From NCBI GenBank assembly GCA_040902535.1, contig JBBDXD010000001.1:145161-209160 (forward strand): DNA of 64,000 nucleotides, written 5' to 3'. Shown here piece after piece: positions 8,505 to 17,883 of the stretch. The translations under genes were made by a program, and so were the position numbers. The number at the start of each line of letters is the position of its first letter. Position 1 is the first letter of the stretch. Origin of the DNA: Dehalococcoidia bacterium (GTDB lineage: Bacteria > Chloroflexota > Dehalococcoidia > DSTF01 > JACRBR01). The notes below the pieces were generated by a model. The model ran no database searches. It had not been told where the DNA came from and worked only from the letters and a program-made list of their open reading frames with translations.

Positions 8505-10586
8505 TCAGCGCCGCCCCCGCACGGGCGCCCGCCGCTGGTATCGTCCCGGCCGCGGACGTGGCTTCGCTCCGAGCGACCCGTACGACGATTGCGCAAACTC
8601 GTGCAGCGCCGATTCGTCGTCGAGCATGGCCTTCCGCAGTTCGATGATCTGGTCGCGCACCAACGCCGCACGCTCGAACTCGAGCGACTTCGCCGCGGTC
8701 TTCATCTGCGATTCCAGATCCTTGACCATGCGCGCCATCTCGTCCTTCGGCATGGACTTGACGGTGTACTCCGCCTTCTCCTCGGCGACCTTCTTGATCT
8801 GGTCGGTGATGTCGCGGATCGCCTTCGTGATACCCTCCGGCGAAATGCCGCGCTCTTCGTTGTGCGAACGCTGGATCGCGCGACGGCGCTCTGTCTCGCT
8901 GATCGCGAACTTCATCGAGGCGGTCATGTTGTCGGCGTACATGATCACAGTGCCCTCGACGTGGCGTGACGCGCGACCGATCGTCTGCACCAGCGATCCG
9001 CCTGACCGGAGATAGCCCTCCTTGTCGGCGTCGATGATGCAGACGAGGCTCACTTCCGGCAAATCCAGACCTTCCCGCAACAGGTTGATCCCCACGACCA
9101 CGTCGTACACGCCGAGGCGCAGGTCGCGGAGGATCTCCACGCGTTCGAGCGTGTCGATCTCGCTGTGCAGGTAATGCGTGCGGACGCCCATCTCCTGGAG
9201 ATAGTCGGCCAGATCCTCCGCCATGCGCTTCGTCAGCGTCGTGACAAGCACGCGCTGTTGCTTCTCGATGCGCTTCCTCACCTCATCGAGCAGATCGTCG
9301 ATCTGCCCGCGCGTCGGCTTCACCTGGATCACCGGATCGAGCAGACCCGTCGGACGAATCACCTGCTCGACGACCTGGCTGCTATTGCCGAGTTCGTACG
9401 GCCCCGGCGTCGCCGAGACGAACACCACCTGGTTGAGGTGGTTCTCTAACTCCTCAAAGTTCAGCGGCCGGTTGTCGAGCGCCGACGGCAGCCGGAACCC
9501 GAAGTCGACGAGCGTCTGCTTCCGCGCGTAGTCGCCGTGGAACATGCCCCGCGCCTGCGGAATCGCGATGTGCGACTCGTCCACGAACATCAGGAAGTCG
9601 TCCGGGAAGTAATCGAGCAGTGTCCACGGCGTGCTCCCCGCGGCGCGTCGCGCCAAATGCCGGCTGTAGTTCTCGATACCGGAGCAGTAGCCCGCCTCGC
9701 GCATCGTCTCCAGGTCGTAGTTCGTGCGCTCTTCGAGCCTCGCCGCCTCCAGGACCTTGCCCTGACCGCGCAGATCCTGCAGCCGCTCACGTAGCTCGAG
9801 CTCGATGTCCTGGATCGCTTCGTCGAGCTTGTCCTTCGACGTCACGAAGTGCTTCGCCGGATAGATATCGATCTCCTCCCGGTCGGCGAGCAGTTCGCCC
9901 GTCAGCGGGTCGATCTCGATGATCCGCTCCACTTCGTCGCCGAAGAAGTCGATGCGTACCGCCAGCTCTTCGTACGAGGGCTGGATCGTGATGCTGTCGC
10001 CGCGCAGCCGGAACTTCCCGCGCACCAGGTTCATGTCGTTGCGCTCGTACTGCATGTCGACGAACCGCCGCATGATGCGAGAACGGTCGAACTTCTCACC
10101 TTTGCGCAGCTTGACGACGAAGCTCTGGTACTCCTCCGGCTCGCCGAGACCGTAGATGCACGACACCGACGCCACGATAAGCACGTCGCGCCGCTCAAAG
10201 AGCGCACGCGTCGCCGCATGCCGCAGCTTGTCGATCTCCTGGTTGATATCGGCGTCCTTGGCGATGTAGGTGTCGGTGCGCGGTATGTACGCCTCTGGCT
10301 GGTAATAGTCGTAGTACGACACGAAATACTCGACGGCGTTCTCCGGGAAGTGCTCCTTGAACTCCGAGCAGAGCTGCGCCGCCAGCGTCCGGTTCGGCGC
10401 CAGCACGAGCGTCGGGCGCTGATACTGCGCTACGATGTTTGCCATGGTGAACGTCTTGCCCGAGCCCGTGACACCCATGAGCGTCTGGGAGCGGTCGCCC
10501 CGCCCCAGGCCGGACACGAGCTGTTCGATGGCCTGCGGCTGGTCGCCGGTGGGCAGGAAGTCGGATACGAGTTTGAAGTCAGGCAT
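8505..10586 (-). CDS. uvrB: excinuclease ABC subunit B
   Basis: [27 protein letters not shown]...[15 protein letters not shown], helicase motifs, beta-hairpin region and C-terminal UVR domain ([17 protein letters not shown]). The track ORF extends 12 codons upstream; ATG at 10586 fits UvrB N-termini. Confidence 0.95.
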   Translation of the reverse strand: MPDFKLVSDFLPTGDQPQAIEQLVSGLGRGDRSQTLMGVTGSGKTFTMANIVAQYQRPTLVLAPNRTLAAQLCSEFKEHFPENAVEYFVSYYDYYQPEAYIPRTDTYIAKDADINQEIDKLRHAATRALFERRDVLIVASVSCIYGLGEPEEYQSFVVKLRKGEKFDRSRIMRRFVDMQYERNDMNLVRGKFRLRGDSITIQPSYEELAVRIDFFGDEVERIIEIDPLTGELLADREEIDIYPAKHFVTSKDKLDEAIQDIELELRERLQDLRGQGKVLEAARLEERTNYDLETMREAGYCSGIENYSRHLARRAAGSTPWTLLDYFPDDFLMFVDESHIAIPQARGMFHGDYARKQTLVDFGFRLPSALDNRPLNFEELENHLNQVVFVSATPGPYELGNSSQVVEQVIRPTGLLDPVIQVKPTRGQIDDLLDEVRKRIEKQQRVLVTTLTKRMAEDLADYLQEMGVRTHYLHSEIDTLERVEILRDLRLGVYDVVVGINLLREGLDLPEVSLVCIIDADKEGYLRSGGSLVQTIGRASRHVEGTVIMYADNMTASMKFAISETERRRAIQRSHNEERGISPEGITKAIRDITDQIKKVAEEKAEYTVKSMPKDEMARMVKDLESQMKTAAKSLEFERAALVRDQIIELRKAMLDDESALHEFAQSSYGSLGAKPRPRPGRYQRRAPVRGRR

Positions 10587-10708
10587 GGACGGTCCCGGAA
10601 ATCTCAGGCGGAATCTGATCAAGTCTAACAGAGCACCGACGAGGCCCGGCTGTGCGTCCGGGCCTCATCTTGTCGCGCTACTGTCAGCGTGATGTCAGCA
10701 GTCGACCG

Positions 10709-11278
10709 CTAGACGCTCCGCCGGATCACAAAAGCACCCGCAGCCGCGAAGATTGCACCGAGGCCGAGCGCCGCGGCGAACAGGACGACGCTGCCCGAAC
10801 CACCGTCACTTCCCGTGCCTGTCCCGGTGCTTGGCGCCGCCACAGGTGGACCGGGCGTGCCCGCCACCGCCGGCGTCGCCGCCGCGGCCGTCGTCGGAGT
10901 CGCGACGCCCGCTCCCGCGGTCGGTTCGCCGCCCGCTGCGGCGTTCACGGTCACCGTGCCGCTCATCACTTGTCCGTGGACCTCGCAGGAATAATTGAAG
11001 GTGCCCGCTGTATTGAACGTCTGGCTGAACGATCCGGTCGCCTGTTGCGGACTTTCAAATGAGCCGTCGCTGGCCGTGACCGTGTGTGGGTTCACGCCTG
11101 ACCAGTTCCAGGTCACTGTGCCGCCGACGTCGATCGTGACCGCCGCGGGACTAAAGACGTTATCGCCCACGCTGACCGTCGCCGATTCCTGTGCCCTCGC
11201 CGCCGGTGGCCCGGACAGCAAGATCGTGCCCGCCAGCGCTAGCGCGATTACCGTGATGATGAGCCGCATCATGTACAT
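10709..11278 (-). CDS. membrane-anchored cupredoxin (plastocyanin/azurin-like blue copper protein)
   Basis: Signal peptide and cupredoxin fold with Cu ligands (TWNWSGVNPHTV ... FNYSCEVHGQVMSG). Followed by an Ala/Pro/Thr/Gly linker and C-terminal [26 protein letters not shown]. Confidence 0.8.
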   Translation of the reverse strand: MYMMRLIITVIALALAGTILLSGPPAARAQESATVSVGDNVFSPAAVTIDVGGTVTWNWSGVNPHTVTASDGSFESPQQATGSFSQTFNTAGTFNYSCEVHGQVMSGTVTVNAAAGGEPTAGAGVATPTTAAAATPAVAGTPGPPVAAPSTGTGTGSDGGSGSVVLFAAALGLGAIFAAAGAFVIRRSV

Positions 11279-11295
11279 GATCCCTTCCCTGGGTA

Positions 11296-11315
11296 GCTTC
11301 GCGTATTGGCGAAGC
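11296..11315 (-). promoter_or_regulatory. 7-bp stem hairpin/palindrome in the 5' leader of the cupredoxin gene
   Basis: GCTTCGC-gtattg-GCGAAGC lies immediately upstream of the RBS-like GGGAAGGGA and the ATG at 11278 on the reverse strand. Confidence 0.25.
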
Positions 11316-11493
11316 GCCTATCCTCGCAGCAAGGCCGCCGCACGACGCAGGTCGCGCGACGGTCATCGCCTCCATGATCTACGTTTGCCCGGCTCGTTCC
11401 GATGCAAAGGATGCATTGCGTTCGCGTCCCGGGGCATAACGTTTCGCGGGCGTGCCGTTGCGCTGATTCGCGCATTTGTTCGACAATGGTGGC

Positions 11494-12765
11494 ATGCAGG
11501 TCTACGCCGTCCACGAGCTGACGACCTACCTCCGTGAGCTGTTCGAGACCGATCCGCACCTCAGCGACATCTGGATCTCGGGCGAGGTCTCGAACGTCAG
11601 CCGTCCTGCGTCCGGGCACGTCTACTTCACCCTGAAGGACGGCGATGCGCAGGTCCGGGCCGTCTTCTTCGCCCGTCGCGGACAGCCGTCCAACGCGACG
11701 TCCCGCATGGTCGAGAACGGACACGCGGTCGTCGCGCATGGCCGCGTTTCGCTCTACGAACAGCGGGGCGATTTGCAGCTGTACGTTGATTTCGTCCAGC
11801 CCGAAGGGGTCGGCGCGCTCCAAATGGAGTTCGAGCGCCTCAAGGCGCAGCTCGCGGAGCAGGGCTTGTTCGACGAATCCCGGAAGCGACCCCTGCCGCG
11901 CTTCCCGCGCAAGATCGGCGTCGTCACGTCGCCTTCGGGCGCCGTGTTTCATGACATCTGCCATGTCCTCGAACGGCGCTGGCCGCTGGCGGAAGTCGTG
12001 CTGGCCCCCACGCCCGTACAGGGCCCCGACGCGGCGGCAGGCATCATCGGCGGTATCCAGCAACTCAACGCGCGCGGCGACATCGACGTCATCATCGCGG
12101 GCCGCGGCGGCGGCTCGTACGAGGAACTGTGGGCGTTCAACGAGGAGCCGGTCGTGCGCGCCGTCTTCGCGACCGGCGTTCCCATCGTATCGGCGGTCGG
12201 GCATGAGACAGATACGACGATCAGCGACTTCGTCGCCGACCGGCGTGCGCCGACGCCGTCGGCCGCCGCTGAGATCGTCGCGCCGGACCGCATCGACGTG
12301 TCAGTACGGATCGGCATCGCCGCGGGGACCATGGAGTCGATCCTGAGTCAGCAGATCCGCATCAAGCAGGAGAGCGTGCGCACAGCGGCGCAGTCGATGG
12401 ACCGTCGCGTGCCGGATGTCTACACGCAACGTCAGCACATCGACGAACTGGCGCGGCGCGGACAACAGGCGATGGAGCATGCGCATCGCGGCGCAGTCAG
12501 CAACGTCGGCGGCTGTGTCTGGCGGCTCCGCGCGCTCGACCCTTTCGCCACGCTCGAACGCGGCTACGCGATCGTGCAGCGTGGCGGGGCGATCGTCGCG
12601 AGCGTGGCGGGCGTCAAAGCCGGCGACGCGCTCGATATTCGCGTGAAGGACGGTGGCATCGGCGCGCATGTCGATGGCGGCGCTCCGGCGGCGCGCAGAC
12701 GGCCCCGCCGCTCTGTGCCGGAGGCGCAGGCGCCGCTCTTCAGCATGCCGGAAGAGCGCGCTTAG
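11494..12765 (+). CDS. xseA: exodeoxyribonuclease VII large subunit
   Basis: MQVYAVHELTTYLRELFETDPHLSDIWISGEVSNVSRPASGHVYFTLKD (OB-fold N-terminus) and GRGGGSYEELWAFNEEPVVRAVFATGVPIVSAVGHETDTTISDFVAD. An alternative TTG start lies at 11476. Confidence 0.9.
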   Translation: MQVYAVHELTTYLRELFETDPHLSDIWISGEVSNVSRPASGHVYFTLKDGDAQVRAVFFARRGQPSNATSRMVENGHAVVAHGRVSLYEQRGDLQLYVDFVQPEGVGALQMEFERLKAQLAEQGLFDESRKRPLPRFPRKIGVVTSPSGAVFHDICHVLERRWPLAEVVLAPTPVQGPDAAAGIIGGIQQLNARGDIDVIIAGRGGGSYEELWAFNEEPVVRAVFATGVPIVSAVGHETDTTISDFVADRRAPTPSAAAEIVAPDRIDVSVRIGIAAGTMESILSQQIRIKQESVRTAAQSMDRRVPDVYTQRQHIDELARRGQQAMEHAHRGAVSNVGGCVWRLRALDPFATLERGYAIVQRGGAIVASVAGVKAGDALDIRVKDGGIGAHVDGGAPAARRRPRRSVPEAQAPLFSMPEERA

Positions 12766-12773
12766 GAGGACCG

Positions 12774-13082
12774 ATGGCAAAGGAACCAAAGGCCGAGACG
12801 TTCGAGCACTTGTACGCGCGGCTGGAAGAGTCGGTCGGCAAGCTCGAGCAAGGCGGCCTCACACTCGAGCAGGCGATCGCCCTGTACGAGGAGGGCATGA
12901 CGCTCGCGCGCAGATGCCAGGACATGCTCGACGCGGCGGAACAGAAGATCACCAAATTAAAAGAGTCATTCGCACCTGTGCCGGAGCGCCTGAACGGCCG
13001 CACAATAGGCGACGAGGTCGCCGGATACGAGTACGTTCCCGAGGAAGACGCCGAACCGCCGGCCGACGGGCCTTCCGAATAA
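12774..13082 (+). CDS. xseB: exodeoxyribonuclease VII small subunit
   Basis: FEHLYARLEESVGKLEQGGLTLEQAIALYEEGMTLARRCQDMLDAAEQKI, immediately downstream of xseA. Confidence 0.85.
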   Translation: MAKEPKAETFEHLYARLEESVGKLEQGGLTLEQAIALYEEGMTLARRCQDMLDAAEQKITKLKESFAPVPERLNGRTIGDEVAGYEYVPEEDAEPPADGPSE

Positions 13083-13141
13083 TCCGGTTGCGTGCCACGG
13101 CGGCCTCGGGCTAGGGTGAACCGGCAGAAAGGGAGATCGTC

Positions 13142-13972
13142 GTGCTGCGCATCGGCTGGTTCTCAACGGGACGCGGCGAGGGATCGCAAAAGCTCCTGCG
13201 CGCCGCCGTCGAGGCGATCACAGAGGGCCGGCTCGACGCCGAGATCGCGTTCGTCTTCTCGAATCGCGAACCCGGTCAATTCGAGGCCACCGACACCTTC
13301 TTCAGCCAGGTCAACGCGTGCGGCATCCCGCTCATCACGCTCTCCGACGCGCGCTTCCGCCGCGAGAACGGCGGCGAAGTGGCCCGCGTGGGCCAGCCGC
13401 TCCCTGCTTGGCGCACGGACTACGACCGCCGCGTCGCAGAACTGCTGGATCCGCACGGCTGCGACCTCGGCATGCTCGCCGGCTACATGCGGATCACGAC
13501 CGAGCCTCTCTTCTCGTGGCGGCCGCTGCTCAATATGCATCCCGCCGCACCCGGCCAACCTGCGGGCACGTGGCAGGATGTGACGTGGAAGTTGATCGAG
13601 CAGCGTGTGGACCACGGTGGCGTGCGCATCCACCTCACGACGGAAGCGCTCGACGAAGGCACGATCGCCACCTACTGCACGTACCCCTTGCGGGGCGCGA
13701 CGATCGACCTGCTCTGGCGCGGGATCGAGCACCGCAGCGTCGACGAGATACGCGCGTCGGACGGCGAGGCGAATCCGCTCTTCCAGGAGATCCGCCGCCG
13801 CGGTTCGTCGCGCGAACTGCCGCTCGTCGTCGAAACGCTGCGCGCATTCGCCGATGGCCGCCTCCGCATCGAAGGGGATCGCGTCATGATGGCCGATGAC
13901 ACCAAAGTTGTCGGCGGCTACGATCTGACGCCGGAGATCGAAGGTTCGCTCGCAAAGGCCGCTCTCGCCTGA
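13142..13972 (+). CDS. formyl-transferase-domain protein (PurN/Fmt-like fold)
   Basis: GTG start. LRIGWFSTGRGEGSQKLLRAAVEAITEGRLDAEIAFVFSNRE plus the LNMHPAAPGQPAG segment resemble the formyltransferase N-domain (NIHPSLLP region); there is a C-terminal extension. Confidence 0.6.
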   Translation: MLRIGWFSTGRGEGSQKLLRAAVEAITEGRLDAEIAFVFSNREPGQFEATDTFFSQVNACGIPLITLSDARFRRENGGEVARVGQPLPAWRTDYDRRVAELLDPHGCDLGMLAGYMRITTEPLFSWRPLLNMHPAAPGQPAGTWQDVTWKLIEQRVDHGGVRIHLTTEALDEGTIATYCTYPLRGATIDLLWRGIEHRSVDEIRASDGEANPLFQEIRRRGSSRELPLVVETLRAFADGRLRIEGDRVMMADDTKVVGGYDLTPEIEGSLAKAALA

Positions 13973-13973
13973 T

Positions 13974-14387
13974 TTGTTGCTTTCCGTAATTGACGGCCTT
14001 ATGGCCACCGGTTACGATGTCGCGGCCATGAGCAATCCCGTGTGCGCATCTTGCGACGCCATCGTCGACACCAGCGACAACTTCTGCCGCCGTTGCGGCG
14101 TTGCCGTCGAGCAGACGCTGCCGGCGGTGCGGTCGAATATGTCGACGACGATCTGGCAGCCGGCGGTCTCGCCGGTCGTCAAGGGTGCGGCCGTGATGGC
14201 GGCGGGCACCGTCGGGCAGTTCCTGTTCCGGCGTGCCGTTAGCACGTTGCTCAGTGGCGGCAGATCGCGCAAGGCGGGCGCGATTCGAGTCGGACGGGGA
14301 CGCGGCGACGACGGGATGGTCGACGAAGCGCAGATCATCACCGAAACGATCATGATGCGGCGCGTGCGGGTGCGCCGCCAGGCCTGA
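13974..14387 (+). CDS. hypothetical zinc-ribbon protein
   Basis: CASCDAIVDTSDNFCRRCG (CxxC-x9-CxxC) followed by a hydrophobic and then Arg-rich tail; TTG start, start uncertain. Confidence 0.3.
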   Translation: MLLSVIDGLMATGYDVAAMSNPVCASCDAIVDTSDNFCRRCGVAVEQTLPAVRSNMSTTIWQPAVSPVVKGAAVMAAGTVGQFLFRRAVSTLLSGGRSRKAGAIRVGRGRGDDGMVDEAQIITETIMMRRVRVRRQA

Positions 14388-14454
14388 CGCCGCAGCTCTT
14401 CGCTACGCACATCAGTCGATCCCGGGGCGGGCAGGACACCAGGACCGGTCGCCG

Positions 14455-16377
14455 ATGCGAGCGCGGCTCCTCGCGGTTGTTGCATCTATCATAGTCGGCA
14501 TTGCGGCGTTCGCTGCCCTCGCGACGCCCGACGCATCCGCATACGAGCACGTCCGCAACGGCGGCTTCGAACTCGGCACTGAAGGATGGTCGGCCGGATA
14601 TGGCGCCACGATCACGTCAGCGCAGCATCCCGAAGTGGCGCCCGCCGACGGCACATCGAGCGGCAAAGTCATGCTCGGGGGAACCCGCTTCGAGCTCCGG
14701 CCAGCGATGAGCGGTCCTGTCGACGCCGGTACGTACGAATTCTCCGCTCAGGTGCTGACGTCCTACGCCGGGAGTGTTCGGGCACAGGTGCACGGTTCAG
14801 GCTTCGAGGGCTCAACGATGGCGAACGCCCAGCCCGGCGTGTGGACGCCCCTCCGCATGGCCGTCAATGCCACCGCGGCTGGCGAACTGTCCATTTCGAT
14901 CAGCGGCTCCGGCGCGCCCGGCGATGTTCTGTACGTCGACGCCGTGCGACTGATCGGCGCACCGCCTGTCACGCTCACGCCGACGGCGGCGCCTGCTCTC
15001 GCGGCCACGACGCCGGTCCCAAGTGCGACAGGACTTGCCTCTCCGACGGCGACGCCCACGACGGCACGGGCCGATGCGATAGCAGCGCATCTTCGGAACG
15101 CATCGTTCGAGGAGATTGGCGACGACGGACTTCCGTTCGCCTGGGCCAAGTTCGGCGGGACGCTCTCCGTCGCGCCGGACCGCGCGCGGTCGGGACGGCA
15201 CGCCGCGCGGGTCGACAGCAACACCGCCTCGACGAAGTGGCTGTATCAGACCGTGCTCGTCGAACCCGGAGCGACGTACGCGTTTGAGGCGTGGATCTGG
15301 CACGACGATCCAGCCGTCGCGGCCGCGTTTCTGCGCGTCTCCTGGTACGCGAGCGCCGACGGCGGCGGTGAGTCGATCACCAGCGTCGATTCCACCACGC
15401 GGCTTGATACGCCCATCTCCGGCTATCGCCATCTGACCACCGGCGCAATCAACGCGCCCGCAAACGCACGGACCGCAAGACTGCGCGTCATGCTCGCGCC
15501 TTCATCGGGGGCACCGGCGGCCATCTTCGTCGACGATGCGGCATTCTCGTCGGCAACACCACTGGCGCCGGTTGTAGCAGCGCCCGTGCCGGACGACGAC
15601 GCCGGTGCTGAATCACTGAGCGCCGGCAGTGCCCGTCCGTCACGCAGCACCGGCAGCGCGGCGTCCGGCGCGGGCGTCTTCGCTTCAGCCCATTCGTCCG
15701 GCGCCGATGCTCCGACACTCGTCATCAACGAAGTGCTGTTCGATGCGGACACCGCCGGCGCCGACGCGGAGGGCGAGTGGGTCGAGATCTACAACCCCGG
15801 CGGCCACGACGTTTCGCTCGCCGGTTGGACGCTCAGGGACAACGCCCGCGCCTCATCGGTCCCCGACATCATCATCCCTGCAGGTGATTTCGCCGTCGTG
15901 GCCGCTTCCGATAGCTTTCTGGCGACGTACCCCGACTTCCTAGGCGTCGTCGCGTGGCTGGACGGTCGCCTGGGCAACGGCCTGGGTAACGACGGTGACA
16001 GCCTCGAACTGATCTCCCCGACTGGCACAGTCGTCGACGCGATCTCCTGGGGCGACGAGTCGTCGATCCTCGAACCGCCGATCGACGCCGTGCCGGCCGG
16101 CCATTCGATCGAGCGCCGCATGGCCGGCGTCGATACGAATGCCGCCGAAGACTTCGTCGACAACAACGATCCGTCACCGGGACGTCCGTTTGACGCTGAT
16201 GCGACCAATCCGAAGCCGCTAAGTCGCACGACGACGGTCGAGGTGCTGGAGGCAACGGGTGCGCAGGACTTCGACTGGGTGCCGTGGGCGCTCGTCGCCG
16301 TGTCCGGCGTCGCGCTGGCCGGCGCCGTCGCGTGGCGCGCGATCGAGGCTGTCCGCGCGCGGTCGCGGCCCGCGTGA
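14455..16377 (+). CDS. secreted protein with two CBM_4_9-like jelly-roll modules, a lamin-tail domain (LTD) and a C-terminal TM anchor
   Basis: Signal peptide. NGGFELGTEGW and ASFEEIGDDGLPFAW module starts. LTD signature LVINEVLFDADTAGADAEGEWVEIYNPGGHDVSLAGWTLRD...IIIPAGDFAVVAAS...GLGNDGDSLELISPTGTVVDAISWG. C-terminal WVPWALVAVSGVALAGAVAWRAIEAVRARSRPA. Confidence 0.75.
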   Translation: MRARLLAVVASIIVGIAAFAALATPDASAYEHVRNGGFELGTEGWSAGYGATITSAQHPEVAPADGTSSGKVMLGGTRFELRPAMSGPVDAGTYEFSAQVLTSYAGSVRAQVHGSGFEGSTMANAQPGVWTPLRMAVNATAAGELSISISGSGAPGDVLYVDAVRLIGAPPVTLTPTAAPALAATTPVPSATGLASPTATPTTARADAIAAHLRNASFEEIGDDGLPFAWAKFGGTLSVAPDRARSGRHAARVDSNTASTKWLYQTVLVEPGATYAFEAWIWHDDPAVAAAFLRVSWYASADGGGESITSVDSTTRLDTPISGYRHLTTGAINAPANARTARLRVMLAPSSGAPAAIFVDDAAFSSATPLAPVVAAPVPDDDAGAESLSAGSARPSRSTGSAASGAGVFASAHSSGADAPTLVINEVLFDADTAGADAEGEWVEIYNPGGHDVSLAGWTLRDNARASSVPDIIIPAGDFAVVAASDSFLATYPDFLGVVAWLDGRLGNGLGNDGDSLELISPTGTVVDAISWGDESSILEPPIDAVPAGHSIERRMAGVDTNAAEDFVDNNDPSPGRPFDADATNPKPLSRTTTVEVLEATGAQDFDWVPWALVAVSGVALAGAVAWRAIEAVRARSRPA

Positions 16378-17126
16378 AGGAGCGTCTGCAGAAGGTCCTC
16401 GCACGCGCCGGCCACGGCTCGCGGCGCTCCGCCGAGACGCTGATCGCGTCCGGACGCGTGCGCGTCAACGGTGAGACCGTCACCGAACTCGGCACGCAGG
16501 CCGATCCCGACGTTGACCGCATCGAGGTCGATGGTCGTCCCGTGACGGTGGCGACCGAGCGCGTCTACCTGGCCATGAACAAGCCGTTCGGTTTCGTCAC
16601 CACGGCGAGCGACCCGCAACGGCGCAAGACGGTGATGGACTTGCTGCCGCCGGGCCTGCCGCCCCACGTATTCCCCGTCGGACGCCTGGACCGGGACACC
16701 GAAGGACTGCTGTTCTTCACCAATGACGGCGAGTTTGCGCATCGCATGGCGCACCCGCGGTTCCAGATCGAGAAGGAGTACGTCGCGCTCGTCGAGGGTC
16801 GCCCGGACGACCCCACGCTACGACAGTTGGGCAGCGGGATCGTCATCGACGGTGAGGAGACCGCACCCGCGCGTGCCGAACTGGCACCCGCACCCGAGGG
16901 CTTCGAGGGACGCCCGCAGCATAGCTGGGTGCGCCTCACGATCCATCAAGGACGCAAGCGCCAGGTCCGGCGCATGTTCGGCGCCGTCGGGCATCAGGTG
17001 CGCACCCTGGTCCGCACACGCATCGGCGATGTGGAGATCGGCCGCCTGGCGAAGGGGAAAACGCGCCGCCTCACCAGCTCCGAGGTCGATGCGCTGCGCA
17101 AGATCGTCGGACTGGGAGAGACGTAG
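16374..17126 (+). CDS. rluB: pseudouridine synthase (RsuA/RluB family)
   Basis: S4 domain LQKVLARAGHGSRRSAETLIASGRVRVNG and catalytic PVGRLDRDTEGLLFFTNDGEFAHRMAHPRF. GTG start overlaps the upstream stop (GTGA). Confidence 0.85.
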   Translation: MKERLQKVLARAGHGSRRSAETLIASGRVRVNGETVTELGTQADPDVDRIEVDGRPVTVATERVYLAMNKPFGFVTTASDPQRRKTVMDLLPPGLPPHVFPVGRLDRDTEGLLFFTNDGEFAHRMAHPRFQIEKEYVALVEGRPDDPTLRQLGSGIVIDGEETAPARAELAPAPEGFEGRPQHSWVRLTIHQGRKRQVRRMFGAVGHQVRTLVRTRIGDVEIGRLAKGKTRRLTSSEVDALRKIVGLGET

Positions 17127-17155
17127 GCTGCTTTCTCGCATCGCGACTTCGCGCC

Positions 17156-17161
17156 TATAAT
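17156..17161 (+). promoter_or_regulatory. candidate -10 box (TATAAT) upstream of cmk
   Basis: Perfect TATAAT embedded in CGCGCC-TATAAT-CGCGCG, about 60 nt upstream of the cmk GTG start. Confidence 0.3.
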
Positions 17162-17223
17162 CGCGCGATCCCGGGAGGCCCACCGTCACGACCTCAGACC
17201 AGTCACAACGCCGAAATGCGGGC

Positions 17224-17883
17224 GTGATCGCGATCGACGGGCCGGCGGCGTCGGGCAAGAGCGCCGTCGGTGTGGCCGTGGCGACTCGACTCGGCTTCCG
17301 GTTCTTCGATACGGGCGCCATGTACCGCGCAGTGACGTGGTACGCGCTGCGGCGCAACATCGACGTACACGATCCGCATGCGCTCGCGACGCTCGTCGAA
17401 CATGCGAGCGTGACCGTACGCGAAGCCCCGCGTGGCTCCGCCGACGCAACCTCCGTGCGGGTCGATGGCGAAGACGCCACCCCGCATCTTCGCGACTCAC
17501 CGGTAGAAGCCCATGTGTCGGTGGTTTCACGCGTTCCCGGCGTACGCCGGGCGCTGGTGCGGATCCAGCGTGAACTGGCGAGCGACGGGGCCGTCGTCAT
17601 GGCTGGACGCGATATCGGCACCGTCGTGCTCCCCGATGCCGACTGCAAGATCTACCTCGATGCATCCCGAGAGGTGCGCGCACAGCGCCGGCGCAAGCAG
17701 ATCCTCGATGCGGGCGGTGAGGCTGATTATGATGACCTGCTGGCGGATCTGGAGCGCCGCGACGGCATCGATTCCTCGCGCCCGGCGTCTCCGTTGACGG
17801 CGGCACCCGACGCGGTGATCATCAATACCGATAACCTTTCGGTCGATGAGGTCGTCGAGCGCATCGTGGAGATGGCAACGTGA
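17224..17883 (+). CDS. cmk: cytidylate kinase
   Basis: IAIDGPAASGKSAVGVAVATRLGFRFFDTGAMYRAVTW (P-loop and CMP-binding), GTG start. Confidence 0.9.
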   Translation: MIAIDGPAASGKSAVGVAVATRLGFRFFDTGAMYRAVTWYALRRNIDVHDPHALATLVEHASVTVREAPRGSADATSVRVDGEDATPHLRDSPVEAHVSVVSRVPGVRRALVRIQRELASDGAVVMAGRDIGTVVLPDADCKIYLDASREVRAQRRRKQILDAGGEADYDDLLADLERRDGIDSSRPASPLTAAPDAVIINTDNLSVDEVVERIVEMAT

